The notes under the pieces: model-generated
What the model was told of the DNA's origin: nothing
The model's database searches: none
What the model saw: the letters and a program-made list of their open reading frames with translations, nothing else
Shown: piece after piece, positions 8,285 through 10,650 of the stretch
How positions within the stretch are numbered: position 1 is the first letter of the stretch
How the letters are laid out: each line of letters starts with the position of its first letter
Program-made: the position numbers and the translations under genes
Source: Chthonomonadales bacterium
Lineage (GTDB): Bacteria > Armatimonadota > Chthonomonadetes > Chthonomonadales > Chthonomonadaceae
Assembly: GCA_038217285.1 (NCBI GenBank)
Contig: JBBQPO010000216.1
Span: 1-10,650, forward strand
Reading direction: 5' to 3'
Length of the DNA: 10,650 nucleotides

Positions 8285-9439
8285 ATGAACACAAACAGCA
8301 CTTTCGGCAGTCGTCTCTGGGCGCTGCTACGCAAGGAGTTTGCGCAGATCGGCCGCAACCGGTCGCTGATCATTTCCCTGATCATCCCGCCGACCCTGCA
8401 GATCATCCTGTTCGGCTTCGCCTTGAACCCGACCGTGAACCGTCTGCGTCTGGGGGTGGTGGACGAGAGCCGCAGCCACCCGAGCCGCGACCTGACGTCG
8501 GCCTTCACCGCGAACGGAACCTTCGTCGTCACCGGCGCGTTTGCGGGCGTCGAGCCCCTCGGGACGGCGCTGCAGCGCGGCACATTGGATGCCGGGTTGG
8601 TGATCCCGGCGGACTATGCGCGGCAGCGGAACCACAAATCGGGACCCGTGCAGGCGCAGTTTCTGCTGAACGCCATGGACGCCAACACGGCGGGCATTGC
8701 GGCAAGTTACGCCGGCTCCATCGCCCAGGCGTTCAATGGCAGCACTCTCGACGTGCAATCGCATCCCCGCAACGGACCTTCCGGTCTGGCGGACGCGCAT
8801 CTCAAGGCGCAGGTGAACCTGCTTTATAATCCCGGCCTGATCTCCGCCTGGTTTGTGGTGACCGGCACCTTCGGCATTCTGCTGATCCTGAACGGCTCCC
8901 TTGTGGCGACGACCACGATGAGCCAGGAGAAGGAGAACGGCACGCTGGAGCAGTTGCTGATGACCCCGGCGGGCACCACGGAGATCATCCTCGCCAAGCT
9001 CATGCCGCTGTTCCTGCTGCTCATGCTGGACGTCGGCCTGGTGCTGGTGGTGTGCGATCTGGTCTTCCATGTGCCGGTGCGCGGCAGCCTCTGGCTGATC
9101 TTCCTGGCGGGTGCGCTCTGCATTCTGACTGGCATCGGGATCGGCACGTTCATCTCCACGTACACCAAATCGGGCCTGCAGGCCAAGCTGCTGAGCTTCT
9201 TCGTCAACCCGCCGATGGCGCTGCTTTCCGGCGCGACCACGCCGGTGGAAGCGATGCCGAAGTGGATGCAGCCGCTGGTGAACCTCAACCCCGTGCGTCA
9301 CTTCTCCCTCATCGCCCGCGGCGTCATGATCAAAGGCGTGGGCATGGACGTGCTCTATCCCAACTTCCTGGCTCTCCTCTGCTTTGCCGTCCTCCTCCTC
9401 GGCGTCAGCATCACCCGCTTCCGCAAGCAACTCGCCTGA
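8285..9439 (+). CDS. ABC-2 type transporter permease (YbhR-like; 384 aa)
   Basis: LRKEFAQIGRNR, QIILFGFA, LYNPGL, EKENGTLEQLLMTP, LLSGATTPVEAMPKWMQ, NPVRHF. Start chosen at ATG 8285 with GGAGA upstream. Confidence 0.94.
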   Translation: MNTNSTFGSRLWALLRKEFAQIGRNRSLIISLIIPPTLQIILFGFALNPTVNRLRLGVVDESRSHPSRDLTSAFTANGTFVVTGAFAGVEPLGTALQRGTLDAGLVIPADYARQRNHKSGPVQAQFLLNAMDANTAGIAASYAGSIAQAFNGSTLDVQSHPRNGPSGLADAHLKAQVNLLYNPGLISAWFVVTGTFGILLILNGSLVATTTMSQEKENGTLEQLLMTPAGTTEIILAKLMPLFLLLMLDVGLVLVVCDLVFHVPVRGSLWLIFLAGALCILTGIGIGTFISTYTKSGLQAKLLSFFVNPPMALLSGATTPVEAMPKWMQPLVNLNPVRHFSLIARGVMIKGVGMDVLYPNFLALLCFAVLLLGVSITRFRKQLA

Positions 9440-9739
9440 ACACCCCCTTCGCCCAACGAGGAAATCAAGGTTCCAGGCCGCATGAGAATTACGATTTTCG
9501 GACGCAACCTTCGGCCCACCTACTGAAGTTAAATATACGCTCGTCAAGAGACCTGTATCGACTGCAGGATTCCGCGTTCGCTCGGTTCAATAAAGAAATC
9601 GAAAGAGTGATAAAGTGTCAAGCCCTTGGGGCGGTTAATATTGGCCGTTGGTTCGCATCGACTGCGGGCTTGAATTTAAGCACAACGTGCGAGAGATATC
9701 GGTCATTCCTTCATCCATTCAGGGAGTAATGAAACACAA

Positions 9740-10650
9740 ATGACTAAGATGGCCCGAAATGAAGTACTTCGGCTTATAAAGCAGGCAAAGCGAGAGAATG
9801 CTACAGAGCTAGACCTTTCCGGAACCGGCTTGACGACGCTGCCTGCGGAAATGTGGCAACTCACGGCGTTGGAGACATTGCTCCTTGCTAACAATCGCTT
9901 GACGACGCTGCCTGCGGAAATCGGGCAACTCACGGCGTTGCAGAGATTGAACCTTTTTGGAAACGGCTTGACGACGCTGCCTGCGGAAATCGGGCAACTC
10001 ACGGCGTTGCAGACATTGGACCTTGCTAACAATCATTTGCCAGACGATCTGAAAGCTGCTTACGACGTAAGTGTTCCGACCTTGCTTAATTACCTCAGGC
10101 GTCTTGCTGAAGACAGCGAAATGCTCTATGAGATCAAACTCGTTCTTATCGGTGAAGGGACAGTAGGCAAAACGACGCTGCTGGATGCGCTGCTGGGAAA
10201 CCCGCTGATAAATAAACGCAATTCGACGGAAGGAATGGAAATTGCCCGTACACAGATACCACTCCCGCATCCGGACGGCGACCATACGCTGCAATGCAAC
10301 GCCTGGGATTTCGGAGGACAGAAAATCTATCGTGTCCAACATCAATTCTTCTTTAGCAGGAACGCAGTCTATCTTCTTGTATGGGACCCGCGCTCCGGAC
10401 CGCAAAAATGCGACGTAGATGGATGGCTTGAACGCATTCAACTGCGCGTGGGTGAGGAGGCACGGGTGTTGGTCGTCTCCTCTTATGCCGCAGATGAGAG
10501 GCATCCGCCGCGCATAAGCGAAACCGAGATTCGGGAGAAGTACGGCAAACTTGTGTATGGCTTCTATGCGGTGGATGGGATGGAATATGCAACAGACCCC
10601 CGCATGAACAGCCTGCTCGCCGACCTTAAATTAGAAATTGCCAGGGCAGC
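9740..10650 (+). CDS. Roco-family protein (LRR-Roc GTPase; COR domain expected downstream), partial (>303 aa)
   Basis: Manual translation: cap MTKMARNEVLRLIKQAKRENATELDLSGTG; 23-aa LRRs (LTTLPAEIGQLTALQRLNLFGNG); linker LLNYLRRLAE; Roc motifs EIKLVLIGEGTVGKTTL (G1), STEG (G2), WDFGGQKIYRVQHQFFFSRNAVYLLVWD (G3 region). Open to the right edge. The start could instead be ATG 9749. Confidence 0.93.
   Translation, partial: MTKMARNEVLRLIKQAKRENATELDLSGTGLTTLPAEMWQLTALETLLLANNRLTTLPAEIGQLTALQRLNLFGNGLTTLPAEIGQLTALQTLDLANNHLPDDLKAAYDVSVPTLLNYLRRLAEDSEMLYEIKLVLIGEGTVGKTTLLDALLGNPLINKRNSTEGMEIARTQIPLPHPDGDHTLQCNAWDFGGQKIYRVQHQFFFSRNAVYLLVWDPRSGPQKCDVDGWLERIQLRVGEEARVLVVSSYAADERHPPRISETEIREKYGKLVYGFYAVDGMEYATDPRMNSLLADLKLEIARA
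9830..10036 (+). repeat. Three tandem 69-bp LRR-encoding repeats with high DNA identity
   Basis: Units start at 9830, 9899 and 9968, each beginning TTGACGACGCTGCCTGCGGAAAT. Pairwise identity by manual count: R1/R3 62/69, R2/R3 58/69, R1/R2 56/69. Confidence 0.95.

Noticed and set aside
2706-9547. Long minus-strand ORFs (2706-3626, 3652-5046, 4968-5816, 5952-7247, 8327-9547)
   Set aside because: Antisense shadows of well-supported high-GC plus-strand genes, with no recognisable motifs.
9052-9729. Plus-strand 225-aa ORF bridging the permease and the Roco gene
   Set aside because: The first half is an alternate frame of the permease. The remainder has no convincing start, RBS or motif.
9830-10036. 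Constant/variable 69-bp periodicity as a CRISPR array
   Set aside because: The period is exactly 23 codons inside an open LRR frame, the variable parts are homologous to each other, and no cas genes are in the window.
9830-10036. Diversity-generating retroelement TR/VR pair
   Set aside because: Differences are not confined to adenines of one template (e.g. TTT/GCT, ATG TGG/ATC GGG), and no reverse transcriptase is visible.
9703-10592. Minus-strand ORFs 9703-10032, 9809-10504 and 10353-10592, the first two with repeated peptides
   Set aside because: Antisense to the Roco gene; their repeats simply mirror the 69-bp LRR units.

Overview
Bacterial, mostly high-GC window with three blocks. (1) A minus-strand gene starting at 2213 and running off the left edge (>737 aa; absent from the ORF track because its stop lies outside the window). 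It encodes a predicted lipoprotein (lipobox LAGC) with C-terminal TPR repeats. (2) A five-gene plus-strand efflux operon organised like ybiH(cecR)-ybhGFSR: TetR regulator, HlyD-family adaptor, double-NBD ABC ATPase and two ABC-2 permeases (2709-9439). It has two matching putative TetR operators, and the adaptor has both arms of its helical hairpin internally duplicated (A-A-tip-B-B). (3) After a drop to roughly 48% GC, the 5' part of a Roco-type gene (9740 to the right edge; also missing from the ORF track). It has an N-terminal cap, about 3.5 LRRs encoded by near-identical 69-bp DNA repeats that differ almost only at predicted surface codons, and a Roc GTPase domain with a non-canonical G4. 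All calls come from manual translation and motif recognition; no database searches were run.
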